Position numbers and translations under genes: made by a program. From the NCBI RefSeq assembly GCF_037042905.1, contig NC_087254.1, positions 25,172,001-25,236,000 of the forward strand: a DNA stretch of 64,000 nt. The letters are read 5' to 3'. Below, one piece after another: positions 50,601-64,000 of this stretch. Each line of letters begins with the position of its first letter. Position 1 is the first letter of the stretch. This DNA comes from Lytechinus pictus (taxonomy: Eukaryota). The notes under the pieces were generated by a model, which saw only the letters and a list, made by a program, of their open reading frames with translations, had not been told where the DNA came from and did not search any database.

Positions 50601-53334
50601 GATGTTGAGAAGAAAAAAATTAATACTTTAACAAAAAAAAAGGAAACACAATTTCAATTAGGAAATAGACCAGGGGGTGTTTCACAAACTTGTTTGTAAG
50701 TTAAGGGCGACTTTAAGAACGACAGGTGAACCTTTCTTACATTCTAAACCATCACCAATCAACATTTTGGTGTATACCATTTACCACAAGTCAACATCAA
50801 TGAAAATTTGGTGTACAGGTATCATTTACCACAACACAGGATCACTTGTCGTTCTTAAAGTCGCTCCTAACTTGTGAACAGCTTTATAAAACACCCACCA
50901 GAAACAATACAATGAGGTTATTCATGACAACTAACAACCTTCACATGTTTCACAGAGATGAACTTTATACCTCCAGTATCTGTGTGCATATGCTATCTCA
51001 TGCATATTCTCAAGGGTAGACAAATAGTATCCATCTCCTGAAATTATCTAATCAATGCAGTGATTCATACTGTAAGCCAATTCAACTCTACACCATGACT
51101 GTAAACAGAAATAAATTCTTAGTGGGCCAAAAAATTGCAAAAAAAAAAATTTGTGAAATGGTAAATTTGGGAGAAAAGGCGTATTGGGAGGGGGGGGGGG
51201 TGGGAGAGTCCCCTCCCTCTCCTGCTACGTGTACCCTACATGTATACGAAACACTTGCTGGTGTTTTCATGTAAACAATGGCATACATACCTTATGTACA
51301 AAGCTTTCCACTTTCGTCTGTAGACCCCAAAGCTCAAACTTGACCCGTACCAATTTGTAGGAACACATAATAGGATTACTTGTCTCCTGTGGGATTCAGA
51401 TTGGTGACAAAAATGAGATTAGAATTATATTAAAATGTGGAATCCACTCTGATATCTCATGGCAAAAGGAAACAAGTGACAAAAAATAATCTTAATAATA
51501 ACAAAAAACATTTGTCTGATGCTGTCTATCTAAAAATATTTTATTCCCAGGTACAAAAAATAGAAAGAATATTAAAGAGGAGTCGGATGAGTGTTGTAGT
51601 ACATGTTGAACTGTTAAAAAGATACCAAACTTGATCAGATTTGGAGGTCTCTAATGATTATATAATTCTCAAAGATAATGGCAAATTATTCCAAGAGAGA
51701 AAGTGCGAAGGCAGAGAAAGTATTTTTTCAAAAGCCTTTGATTTTTTTAGAACACAATGATTTAAGAATATACACTGGTGTATAAGGCATGAGAAGATCT
51801 TGGGAATATTTGTTGGATAAACCTTTTACAACTTCTATGCTGAAACAATTTTCAAATCCATGTGCTTGTGAATTGAAAACCGATAAAGCCTTTATGCCCT
51901 GCCCAATATAGCTAGCAGCAGGGGCATTTGTGTATACAATTTAGTACATAAGAAGGGTGTGAAATAGGAACATATCAAGAATTCAAAATTGCTCATAAGC
52001 AACCATCTTGCTCAACCTATTGCATGAAAATGACAAAATAATGCATAGTCAAAGATTTAATTGACTATAAAATAACATAGGAGGATTTAAGCTCATATCC
52101 AGTGTTTGCAGCAGTAAGAATAATGCTCTGAATCTGAATAAATATAGAGTCAAATTATCTGCCATGGATATAAGATAAGAGTTCGAGATCATCTGACATT
52201 CAACTCATATGATTTCAGTGAGTCTTCTTTTTTTTAAAATTAGAGCACTTTTTAACCTTCTCAGTGCAGCTTGATTATAATTTGCAAACGTTTCTCAACA
52301 TTTTCATTGTATAATGGAAAATTTTATTGCTTAAAACGATGGAAATTGAATTATATAACATGATGATAATGATAGAATGACAGAAAAGTATCAATCCAGA
52401 AAGAACTATCAATGTAAAGATTTTGTGCACAGCAGATACTATGTACAGAGAGTTTGCAAATTCCTCATCAAATTTGACCAAGCTATAATTCAATACTGAG
52501 GCCTTCTGTACATTTATTCTAACTCCCTCAGTTTGTCTGTTCACAATATGAAATGGAATTTCTATTGAAGGGAATAAAAAATTAAAATCAGAAATATATT
52601 TAGTCCAACTCACCCTCCAATCCTTTTGTAAATGACCCCTCCCAGTCTTTTTTGACTTGAACTTTGTAGGATCCTGAAAAAAGGACAAGTACGAATATGT
52701 CGATGGGTTATATAAAATACATCTTAAATTAGGTTAACAACTGGAACCAGGTGTGACCAATTGAAATTAGATGAGATTTCCAGTTGACAAATTTCAAACT
52801 TAGTACAGTATATTATGTGTATCTAATTGCATTTGTTTCTGGGCTTTGATTTTATATGCATATGTGTAGTTATCTAAATTATATTTGAACTAAGTTTAAA
52901 TCAATTCAATAGCTTTATTTTTATAAATTATGTTTATGTAAAAGAAAATAATTTAGCATTATGCTTGGCATAAGAATTTTTCTTCAGTTGCATTTGATTC
53001 AAATAGCATCTCTTTACCATACCCCAGCCCGTTTGACCCCTTTTTTATAGGGGAGTTGGCTTGGCAGTATCCTGGGCGTAAGTAAATACTTTAGCAAGTC
53101 ATCAAGTAAAGCATACTGATGTCATAATGATATCACAATGATTATTGAACTTAATTAAAATGTGTTTTATCAATTGTATACAGGTAGTACACATTATCAT
53201 TTTCTGAAATATCAAGAATGACACATTCTTATTACCTCATTTTCCTTGTAATACTTTTCTGGAACATTGTTGTATGCTATATCAACATGGACAACTTCTC
53301 TTTCACTTAATTCTGTATCTGAAAGACTAAGGCA
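44664..53334 (-). CDS. PITPNC1: Cytoplasmic phosphatidylinositol transfer protein 1 (rdgB-beta), 5'-partial; exons 53236-53334, 52614-52673, 51291-51386, 48801-48864, 44664-44839
   Basis: [33 protein letters not shown]|[20 protein letters not shown]|[32 protein letters not shown]|[21 protein letters not shown]|[22 protein letters not shown]...stop. Matches the recalled class IIB PITP (ILLIGHRQAFAWVDEWY) with a short tail. Upstream exons were not found in the window. Confidence 0.92.
44911..45519. mobile_element. TTAA-AGG foldback DNA transposon (Kolobok-like)
   Basis: TTAAAGGGATACTCC ... GGAGCATCCCTTTAA with long inverted arms. Confidence 0.8.
46143..47397. mobile_element. piggyBac-like non-autonomous element (TTAA-CCC...GGG-TTAA) containing a family B MITE at 46664-47231
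   Basis: TTAACCCCTA ... TAGGGTTAA; the inner MITE is flanked by the direct repeat ACATAATG. Confidence 0.75.
48312..48600 (+). mobile_element. tRNA-derived SINE with a conserved central domain and (ATT)n tail
   Basis: TGGCCCAGTGG (A box), GGTTCAAATCC (B box), core GCTGCACTCGACCCAGGTG...AATGGGTACCGGC, (TTA)n tail. Confidence 0.75.
50674..50898. mobile_element. Harbinger-like palindromic MITE (CAG flanks)
   Basis: CAG-GGGGTGTTTCACAAA...TTTATAAAACACCCAC-CAG; same family as 55805-55974 and 56096-56273. Confidence 0.7.
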
Positions 53335-55804
53335 CTGGAGAAAGAAAATAATGGAGAATAAAAGTAAATGATAATTTATATATAAATTTACATTCATCAG
53401 GTAGATAGCCCTTTATGAAGGGCTGGTTTTCAAAGTACCCCAGGCATAAATATAGACATAAAACAAGTGTGACAAAAATAAGGATGGAAAATGTAACCCC
53501 TAAAATATCATGAGGTGAAATGATAGAGAACAGTAAAATGTAATGTTAATCACCTAGGGTAAAGTGAAATAACTGAAAACCCCTTTTCTTAATTATTTTT
53601 ATCATCTTAGCAATATATATGTACTCTTAAAATTTTGATTTGAAAATAATTAAGTTGTAAAAAAAAAAAATTCAACCTCCATTAAACCTGGTATTTTCTG
53701 ATGAGGGTCAACTTCCTGCTCGGAAAACAAGGTATTTTCTTTTATCAGGTATATTCAAATCAAGTGAGTATGAAAGTATCGATTGTAAATGAGATTCAAA
53801 GGGTGAGAAGTGTTGAATAATCACTAAAGCAGAAGGAGGTAACCTTATACTAGTAACCTCCATCCTTAGGCATGCATTTCTCAGGAAATGACAATATCAT
53901 ATAATATCTATGAGTGGACCTCGGAGAAAGTGTGTCAATACTTATCATCATGCAAATACATGATTCTAACGGTCAAACCTCCAAAAATATGGGGGATGTT
54001 AAAAACAGCAACTTCAGTTGAGTTGATGATTCAGCATTGAAGATAATGAATGATCTACTTGCAGCAATGTTGTTTCTAACGTGATTCAATGAAAATGACA
54101 CCCTAATGAGGTGGTGAAAGAAAATAATTGCAATTAATTGCAAATTTCCTTGCAAGCATACAATTGATAGATCCTTTCTAACTAATGCAAATCAATTTGA
54201 ACTTTTTGTTTCAAAAAGTAGACCAAGAATATTGAGTGAAAGTTTGCAATTAAAATTGTAAGACTTATGATTGAATTTGGGACCTAAAATTGACTTGCAA
54301 TTGATTGGAAGGTTCTTAAAACGCTCCATAAGTCATGTAAGCGTAATCTGAAAGCACACTCAAGTTGTTTTTTTTCTGAGCAACATTAAAACCATGTGCC
54401 CACGTGTTTGCCTGTGTCACTGATTATCAGTGCATTTGGTTTTCAGTTAAATTTTGTCTGTTGTATACTTGTATATTCATTAGTGCATTTGCATTGCATT
54501 ACGATAGGAATAATTAAGAAAAAGGTTTTATCAAAGGTGTCAAGACTACATTATGTATAAGATGCTACTACATGATAATACCATTAATTAAGAAATCATC
54601 TACATGTATACTCTACTACTGAACCCATTGGTAAACAGTGAACTTAATATCTACTGTAGATCATTATATTGGGGAATACAGGATCTCAAGAGAGGGGGGG
54701 GGGGGGGGGGGTGGGGGTGCATATTCGTTTTCCACTTTTGTTTCAATCTAATTGGGTCTGAATGGGTTACATGTATGCGTTCTTCCACTGTCAAATTTCC
54801 ATAATGATTTAATTATTAAATATATGCCAACAATTTACATTAAAATACCCTATTGTTTACAAGGAAGAGGGACCCTGGTTTAACTAGGCTGAAATCCAAA
54901 TGGTGATCTTTTGCATTCATTGATATTTTCTTACTTTTATAAAACTATGTGGATTTCTTTCTTGTTTATTTTCACGGATTGATTCCAATTCAACCCATTG
55001 CATTTTAAAATCTTGTAATTAATATTGGACATATGTTGGTATAACAAGATATCATTTGGATAGATCATTAAACTCAAGCTCAGACACAAATCCAGACATT
55101 TACTGGTCATTATTCACAGCCAAAATATATATTATTAATATTCATGAAATGTAGAGTGTACTTTAATGAATATTAGACATTTTATGACTCAGGATATATT
55201 CTTCTCTGAGGTGTGCAAAACTAGAAATATCAGTGATCAAAAAGTTTGGATGAGTGTCACAATCCTGTGTCAAGAACTCTGGCCTGTTACACAAATATTA
55301 GCAATTGTTGCTACACTTTGCATTACTATGATTCTGGTATATATCATAAAAAAAGATTAGACTTCACTTTGAATTTGAAGGTCTCTAGCTATATGTGATA
55401 GTTCTCTAATTCTTGGGAATGATTTTGCCTATTAAATTTGATTAGCAATTTTTGCTCAAAAGAGAAAAGCTCTCAACTACATGTACGTTGTCCTACATAA
55501 ACAAAATCTTTCTTTGTAGCAGTCTTAAAGAATGTGGAGCAAATTGTGATGCGTTCCCAGGAAAATTATTACAAAGAGAAGGTGCTGTGGTTGAAAGCGA
55601 GGCTGTTCATTGTATTGAATAGCAAATGCTGGTGTGATGATCTCAGGCTTCGAGCTCATACTACCATAGATTATACTGTATGCCAGATCATAGATCACTT
55701 GTGTTCCAGTTTAAAGTCTATCAAGATTCAACAGTGATAACGTGAGTAATGAGTAATAACACCCTATTGTACTTGTTTTAATTCTATGTGGTTTGCCTGT
55801 TCAG

Positions 55805-56273
55805 GGGGCGGTTTCATAAAGCTGTTTGTAAGTTAAGAGTGACTTTAAGAACGACTGGTGTAACTTTCTTACGCGCTTACCATCACCAATGAATATACCA
55901 TTTTCCACAAGAAAGGATCACCAGTCGTTATTAAAGTCCTTCTTAACTTACGAACAGTTTTATGAAACACCCGCCAGGGCTCTTTCAAAGTCAATTGCAA
56001 AATTGAATTTAACTATCTATGACTAACCCTGACAAATAGTTATGATTGATTGTGAATACATGTATTGAGTGTGTCTCTTTATGTTAGACCCCCAGGTAGG
56101 TGTTTTATAAAACTGTAAGACGTTATAAGTGACTTTATGAACGACCGGAGACCCTTTATTAGGCACTTAACCAACATCAATGAAAATTCAGTGTACATCA
56201 TTTACCACAAGACAGGATCACCAGTCGTTCATGACGTCGCTCATAACTTATGAACAGCTTTATGAAACACCCA
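55805..56273. mobile_element. Two adjacent Harbinger-like MITEs (55805-55974, 56096-56273)
   Basis: Each has inverted arms GACTTTA(A/T)GAACGAC / GTCGTT.. and is flanked by CAG. Confidence 0.7.
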
Positions 56274-59200
56274 CAGGGTATCACTAGTAATGACACCCAC
56301 ACCACCAGCGTTCTCTTTCAGGAAACAGATATATGCCAATCGATGAATTCTGGGAAGCAGAGTAGCACCGCCAGAATGATTGCTTTACCGATGATTTGAT
56401 ATGCTGAAGATTTATGCTAACTAACCTATGATTTACAAGGAGGAGAGAGACACTGGTTTACCTAGATCTCAAACATCTTGTGTTTCTTTCCAGATCTCTT
56501 TCATTTTGATACCATTGTAGATCTTCGCAAGATTGAGAAATGAGAGAGGTGCAATCGCTAATCTCTTCAATCTACATGCAAGCTGATCATCCACGCAGTT
56601 GCCCCAGTTTCTATGACTGATTGGAACGTTGGAATTAAAAGGCCATGCATAAATGTACATACATGTATGAAGTATGGGGAAATCACAATTTTTATCGGAA
56701 AGCACTTTGTTAATAATTGTTCATATGATGCAAAACTTGAAAGCCAGAAAGTTATCACAGAAATATCACTATTAAGGTATGTGATGTTGATGGGTTAAAA
56801 ATTGAGCTGCGTATGATTTTTACAAGTTTTTTCATTGCCACCCCTTCTACAATGGTACCCTGAGCATAATACAGACATTGAGTAATAGTGCAGTGCATTA
56901 ATACAGCTCAATCTCAGAACTTTACATTTCAAACAAGTTGATTAATGTGCCCTATACTCTCAAACAGTCACATAAATTCTAGTTACTCAGATCTTTCCTC
57001 ATTTTCTGGTTCTTTTTATATATGTTGTTTGTTTCCTTGAAGTCTAATCATTACATCACTACTGCTTGACGGATGAGGTCTGCATGTAAGACTAGCATAA
57101 GAGACACATGCAAAACATGGTGGCAGTATATATGGAGAACTCTGAGAGGGGCAAATTGAATTAGGGAAACGAGAATGAGATGGATCTCGTTTATTAGGAT
57201 GAGCGCCGCTCCAGGCGACGAAACAATCCGCCACTTGGTTTCTTCCACCCTTAGGATGAGTGGGTTTTCCTCGTATCAGACTAGCCGCGGTGAGAGGGGC
57301 ACTAAGCAGCTAATGGTCAGTCTGGTGATTGACATGGACATGGTCAAAGAACGTCGTTCTTTTTTAAATTTCTTAACATGCACTGCAAGAATCAAGTCTA
57401 CTGTTTATGCTTGACCCCCTTGAGATGGAGAGTCACATTACATGCTGGGGGAAGTGAGGGGGGGGGGGGGTAGATGAGATGCATACAGTAGCATTGCTCT
57501 TAACATGCCAGAAGAGTTTCAGCTCAAGATGGGATTTATGTGTACTATTTGGTGACAATTTGCAATAGTGGCATGTTAAGAGTTAAGGATAAGAGTATGA
57601 AATACTATATTGAATAGCTGTAAAGATAAAGATGAGACATCTTTAAGTAATAATAATAATTTCTGAACCTGAAAAGGAGATTCATCAAGATATATTGTAA
57701 ATCTAGCAAATGAATATTCATAAGCAAGATTTAAATATAAAACTTTTGCAATGTAAGATGTCCAACTTTGGACTTCATGTGGTATTTATAGCCTCGGTTT
57801 GTAAAGCAAAATAAGAGAAACTATTGATGAAGAGTATCAATTATCTCTTTAACAAAAGAAATTGAGTGATTTGTACAGAACTAGACTCCGCAGATGAAAT
57901 GTAGACAACTCATATACTGTTTGCCCGGTACATTACAAAAAAAAACAACTTTTGCAATTAAAAAAAAAAAGATCATTATTCAGCAACAATAACCAATTAA
58001 AGAAAAATCAAGCATATCCAAATTTAGAGTAAAAAAGTAATATGCAAATACATACATGTAGTATGTTCCACATCAATATATTCTTTCATTATCTGTATTA
58101 AAAGTTTTTAACAACAGCCAATCCCTAATCACAAGGGGTACATTTGACACTTCTTTTATCTCGCAGTGGAAAATGCTTCAAGTCGAATACCAAAGTTATA
58201 AAATGTTTCTTAAATTCTCTCTGCCAAAAGTGAGAACATTACATGATATCAAAGCAAATAATCAGAGGCTATCAGATCTCATTCGGAATCAGCAGTTGGC
58301 AGTCTGACAATTCATACCAGTAATAAAGGCACATCTTTAATGGCCATCTTTACTTTGGTTGACAAATACAAATAACATCCAACAAAAATAATCATATATC
58401 ACTTCTTGTCAATTTTTCATACATGTAGTGATCTATTTTTTTGGTGGATATTTGGTCACCTTTCATCATTTCATATTCATTGTTTTTTTTAATGAATCCT
58501 TCGGCGATAAACCTTTAAAATCAAATCTTTGTTTCTTGACAAAAAAAATCCCTGGGCCCAGGAGACGGCGCCATAGAGATCTTCGGCAGGCCTCAGTCCC
58601 TTCGCATCAATCTTTCAACAAATTTTCCTAATGTTTAATACTGCAGGCGTCCAACCGTGTAAGGGGGTGAGCCAAGCGATATTAACTGATAACACTCACA
58701 GAGGGGCTTCTCCAATACCAAATCCCTATGCAAGAAGATAGATGGGACTCTACATACATGTGTACCTTGATTGATTAGAGTTCCATCGCAATAATTAAAA
58801 AAATCAAATGTAAGTCATAAATGCATGCTCCTTATTGGTCAGAAATTCAGGTTGCATTTGATTTTTAGATTCACATTTATTGAATAAACTTTCAGCAACT
58901 GGCTCTAGGTCGAAAAATGACAATAGATATCAATTGATAATCTGAGAACAATTTTGAGATTTACACCTCATTATTTATATCTGAATTTGTAAAAATAAAA
59001 CATTTTGATATTTCCACCCAAGACATTTTTCTTCACTTGAAATTCATTTGCAAAATATCTTTTCTCGACAAAAATTTAATTCCTTGCTGCGTCCTGTATA
59101 TTCTGTCGAAAATCTGTGAATATGGCAGTCACTAATTCGCAGTTAAGCTTTCACCATCTCATTTGCTTACACCCTTAATTCCGAAGAGTCAACTCATTAC

Positions 59201-59920
59201 AATGTCTCACAGACAGGACTATGGACCATTCATGTAGTACTGATAACATTCACATCATCCTATTATAAGTAGGGCCTATGCTCAAAAATCTATTTTAAAT
59301 GCAAAATGAAGTAGTGAATTATTAACTGAATGAGAACAGCACATGTATATCAATCAAATTAGTATTATATCACATCCCATATTTAAAATACACAAATATG
59401 CATGACCTGGGACTACATATCTTGCTTTTAATATCCCCCAAGCACACTTTAATTGGACAGCAAATGATGACATTATTACCAGTAGATCTTGGTTGGAGAT
59501 GGCATTAATTGGAAAGGTCACAGCTTGTAGAAAAGGGCAGCCAAACACATCTTGGTTTTTATACTACCATACAGATCTACAGGGAATTTCTTTGGAACAA
59601 ATTAGACCCTGCCTGATGGCTGGTCTCTAATCACTACTGAGATTTGCTAAAGAGATTTATGAGTAGTGTGGTTTAAAGGCACAAATTGGATTTAACTATT
59701 AGGAAAAAAAAGGTTCTGATGGAATAAGAGGTATACTGTATGGCTTCCTGGAGTATAATTAACAATACATAAACTTTATAGATGAAATTGAAGTAAATAA
59801 GTGTCTATATACATGTAGGTGATTAATATTAAATTGAGGTTCACCCTGCACCCTTCTCCAGAGCATCCAGTTGGCAAGACCATGAGAGTGTCCGAAGATG
59901 GTGGCATGCGACACAAACAC

Positions 59921-60390
59921 CATGGCCCTGTTGCATGAGTATTATGGTAACTTTGCCATCCAATGGTAACTTTCATTGAATCCTTGATTTTGATTGGCTG
60001 ATGAGCATTGTTACCATGGTAGTTACCACTGGATGACATTCGGCGTGTTTCTACAGGGAATCGTTAAAAACGGTTTGTCGTTTCCGTAATAAAACGACCG
60101 TATCGTCCTTAAACCAACCTGTTTCTACAGAGTGAATAATGCGATGAACTCACATTCTACAGAAGAAATAAACAGATTTACACGGCAATAACCTCCTCTA
60201 AGAGGTGGTTATGACAAACCGTATTTTGTGCAATGCAGTTTATCAATAAACTGCATCGCGTCTTTTTCTACAAAGAAGTTTTCCAGAATTCTGGATACTT
60301 ACATGTATGCGGGTAATGCCGTTTAACGATTCTCTGTAGAAACACGCCGAAAGTTACCATAGTAGTAACTTTTATGCAATGGGGCCCATG
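59921..60390. mobile_element. Palindromic MITE interrupted by a second MITE (60039-60351)
   Basis: Outer GGCCCTGTTGCAT / ATGCAATGGGGCC; inner 30-bp TIR TTCGGCGTGTTTCTACAG(G/A)GAATCGTTAAA (29/30 match). Confidence 0.8.
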
Positions 60391-62457
60391 TCAGAAAATT
60401 CTTCATGGTGTATAATGTTACTATTATTGTGAAATCATATTAATAATATCTTGAGGAATAAATGGCCACTTGGCTTATAAAACTCTAGTCATTCCTGTCT
60501 GACTAAGAGGGTTGCAATTATGATTGCATTGTCAGCTGAATCTGCGATTTTGATTTTCAATCATGGACAGAGTCACTATTAAAGACTACGTATGATTTAC
60601 GGAAGCAGTCAACTATAAGAAGTATAGTGCTCTTTCATACCTTGTAAACATATCAAACAAGACAAAAAGATCAAAATATCTGATTTTTAACAATTTTATC
60701 AGAATGAAATTACATCATAATGTAGAAAAACATTCTATTTTATTCCCTACTGTATTTTGTTCAATACATAAATATTCTTCTAAATTAGATTGCATGTTAA
60801 AAGAAGGTCACTGAATTTCAGTTTGAAAAAGACACACACTCCAGAAAATCTTATTAGCACAGTCTATGTAAATCAACTCAACACTGAAATGTATCCAATC
60901 AAAAGCGTATTCTGATCATCTACACTGTACATAAAGATGATTTACAGACAATGATGCTGTCATCTTGACACACTTATCCTGACTCATAAAGGATCATTTG
61001 ATATGAGTATCATCTTTTACATGTATGTCCTCTGCTACAGAGTGTTCCAATAAAAAATTATTAGAGTTCACTGAAAATTATATATGTAATTTTTCCATCA
61101 ATCACGCCCCAATGCAGTGAAAATAAAATGAAAAATAACAGATACTTATTCCCCATCTGAACAACTCTATTAAATAAAAACAAATTTATTCTACACCAAT
61201 GTAAGGTAAAAAGGTCATTGCAGCTGGTCATGATTTCAAGATAAATTCTCTAAAACCAAAGCGAATTTTAATTACCATCATCAAGCAAGCTAATAAATAT
61301 GAAGTAAAACTTGCTGAAAACTGAACATATTTAATATGCTTATCAACCATACACAGAGGGAAGAGTCATCTATATGTTATGAAGGATTGCATCACATAAT
61401 TTGCTAATTACTGAGTAGTTACAATTTTTTTAAAATAAATATTTGACAATTTGTCACATATTCCTTGATACATGCATAAATTTTGTCATATTCTGTTTGA
61501 TTGATTATCACATATTTTGCGAGAGTTAAGAACTTGTAATATCTACATGTAAGAAAGAAAATACCCCTAAGTTATTTAAAAATTTGAAGAAATATCACAA
61601 GAGTTTTCTTTATGCCAAGTGGTTCTGACCGTGTGAAAACCAATCAACTTTAGATGTGAAAAGCAAGAAGAATGCGCATCCTTTCATGTGAGAGTGGTTG
61701 CTGGCTCATGCTACACAAATCCTTGTGGTCTGAATTTGCCACCTAAAGGCCCTAACACTGTATTACAGGCTTTGTGCTAGACTTGAAGTACAAGTATTAA
61801 CGTCCAATTGTTGACAAAAAGTTTTGATAAAAGAGAACATGGTTAAGGCATTGTGAATGCACAGAATAAACCACTTAAAAAAACCCTATCCCCTATAATA
61901 AAAAGAGTGATAAGTGTACAGAAATCAGCATTAGAATATGTGAAGTAACTTCTAGGATAATCACTCCCGATATGTCTAGGTTATTCCTGGCTGAATACAC
62001 TCTAAATGAATTTAAACATACATCCAAATACACTGTAAAGAGTGAATGTTCAACCTATGGATTTAGATCTATATCTTATAAGACTTTAACTCAAATCACA
62101 TTCTGATTGAAAAATGAATCTTGATGATTTAGATTTGAATTACAAAGTTGAACTGGTCACTATTAAACCACAAAAGATCTGGATTTATTTTAAATTCCTG
62201 TTATCAAGAGTTAAAATATAGACTGTGAAGAATTAGATTTTAAAAATGTTGTTTGCTGATCATCTGCAAGGTGCTGTCATATCGCTAATTACCATTTCTA
62301 TTTTGACCTAGTAACTTCCATGACTTGTGAAAGTTGATTGAAAATACTAAAGTCCACAACATGAATGTATTCATGCAATGCAACAGCGTGGCAGAAGCTT
62401 GTAGTTTGACTGACTTGTGCACATGTATGCACTTTCCGGGCCACTATTGAAGCATAG

Positions 62458-63203
62458 CAATTCTCGCTACCCCAAATAGCGATTTCGCCGAGATCCGGGA
62501 AAATCCCTGTAACGCGCATTGCATTATGGGATAGCTTTTCGGTATTACAACTTCCTGTTCGGAAGTCCAATGCACTGTTTTGCCATTTAGATCAACAGTG
62601 CCGTCATGCACAACAACACAACGTCGCTTTCGCTCGGAAAGTTCGTGATCACAACCCTCTCTTTCACGATACAGTTTAACAGCCTTTTCTGCTAAAGTCA
62701 CTAATTCTGCCCGACGCTTTCCATTGCACGGTATTCCTCTGTCAGTTAAGATTTTTTTTAAGTTCCGAAACTGATTTTCTATCCATTTTGTGGTCGACGA
62801 AAAATTGAACGGAATGAATGCTGTATATATTTAGCGTCTAGTCGAATACGATCGTGATGTCAGGCCGGTCGCTAAATGCAAAATTTTAAGATATTCATTT
62901 TTTGTTTAATTTTTTATAACCAAATAAAAACATGGATAAAAACTATTTTCACATGAAATATATTTTTCATTTTTATTCATAATTCAAATGGAATCAAAAC
63001 TGACCAAATTAAATAAAAAGTATTATAATCTGTACATATTACGCTGATTGTCATCGATTTCAGCGTGGTGGAAAACTCAGTATCGCGAACCTCGCGCGAG
63101 CATGACTCTGAACCGGAAGTGTTGAAGACGACCCGACGGAGTGAAAATTATCTCGTCTCGCGCATTATGAGATTTTTGTTCCTATTTGGGGTAGCGAGAA
63201 TTG
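62458..63203. mobile_element. DNA transposon deletion derivative with a perfect 22-bp TIR and a frameshifted SAP-domain ORF remnant
   Basis: CAATTCTCGCTACCCCAAATAG (62458-62479) / CTATTTGGGGTAGCGAGAATTG (63182-63203); minus-strand MDRKSVSELKK/ILTDRGIPCNGKRRAELVTLAEKA from 62786. Confidence 0.75.
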
Positions 63204-64000
63204 AATGTGGGCTGATTTTACCTTTGACAATACACAATAACCATTCCTATAAAACTGACCCCCAAGATCAATTGTTAAGCTTTACATTTTGGGGCCCAGA
63301 ATGTGTACAGCAGAATTAATAATTTGTTCAAAAAGCAAAGAGAAAGTGGTTTTCTGTCATTCGTACACACTCTATCTGCAATAATTGCAATTTCTGGCAA
63401 TAGTATTACATGAAATATTCAGGGAGGAGCAACTCACCGAAGATAGCAATCATATCACAAAATTAAAATTTTAAAAATTCATAATGTGTTGGGTTGGGTT
63501 TCTGCCAAACCTTAAATGTTTTCTAATTTTCCATCTTTTATCAAAACCACCTTTACATAAGAGTGGACTTTCTTGCAGGGACCTGGGAACAATTCTTTTG
63601 TTAACCGGGGGGGGGGGGGGGGGGGGTGCTGATGTACTGTAAATTACACAAGAAAAAAAAAGGGTTTCATTTAAAAATTGAAGGTCATTTTGGTCCCTGG
63701 AAATTTGATAAAGGGGGGGGGATCCCTACAGAATGAAGGTAATTTTGGCCCCGAAAAATTTGACAAGCAAAAAAAACAAAGAAGTTTTTACAAGAAATCC
63801 AGGGGGTGCTGCCTATGGAGAATAATACACGCAGCACACCCCCCCCTTCCCAGAAAATCTTGGGGGTGCTTCAACACCCTCAGCACCCACGCTCCCTTGG
63901 TGATCAATCTATTCAATGTGCAAGATCAAAGCATATTATAGCAGGAAACAGGTGTTTTCTATGACGGCTAACATATACATGTATCCAATGAATTTCATTT

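Noticed and set aside
53335-64000. Upstream PITPNC1 exons or a nested gene
   Set aside because: No segment encoding the expected CSF.P.F.I...TKYE motif with splice sites was found by eye, and the short ORFs lack coding character; a small exon could have been missed

Overview
AT-rich, intron-containing animal genomic DNA with three assembly gaps. The repeat types suggest an echinoderm, probably a sea urchin (inference). Five protein-coding genes can be built by hand with GT-AG introns and consistent phases. (1) TEPSIN/ENTHD2, minus strand, 10 exons, running off the left edge. (2) A canonical 3-mercaptopyruvate sulfurtransferase (MPST, CGSGVT loop), head-to-head with TEPSIN. (3,4) Two tandem MPST paralogues that keep the catalytic Cys but have a rebuilt hydrophobic/aromatic active site: loops CFVGVT and CFVGIS, with the Ser-His-Asp triad and both substrate-binding Arg replaced. 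The second of these carries two extra introns. (5) The last five coding exons of PITPNC1 (rdgB-beta), minus strand, with an FFAT-like motif in the acidic tail. The rest is dense in non-autonomous DNA transposons (TTAA Kolobok-type, hAT-like with 8-bp TSDs, piggyBac-like, Harbinger-like, a Helentron-type HINE) and tRNA-derived SINEs. The two most notable signals are the remodelled sulfurtransferase pair and a 170-bp TSD-flanked SINE at 30824-30993 whose head is the Alu domain of 7SL RNA. Comparisons with human proteins and 7SL/Alu are from memory; no database search was run.
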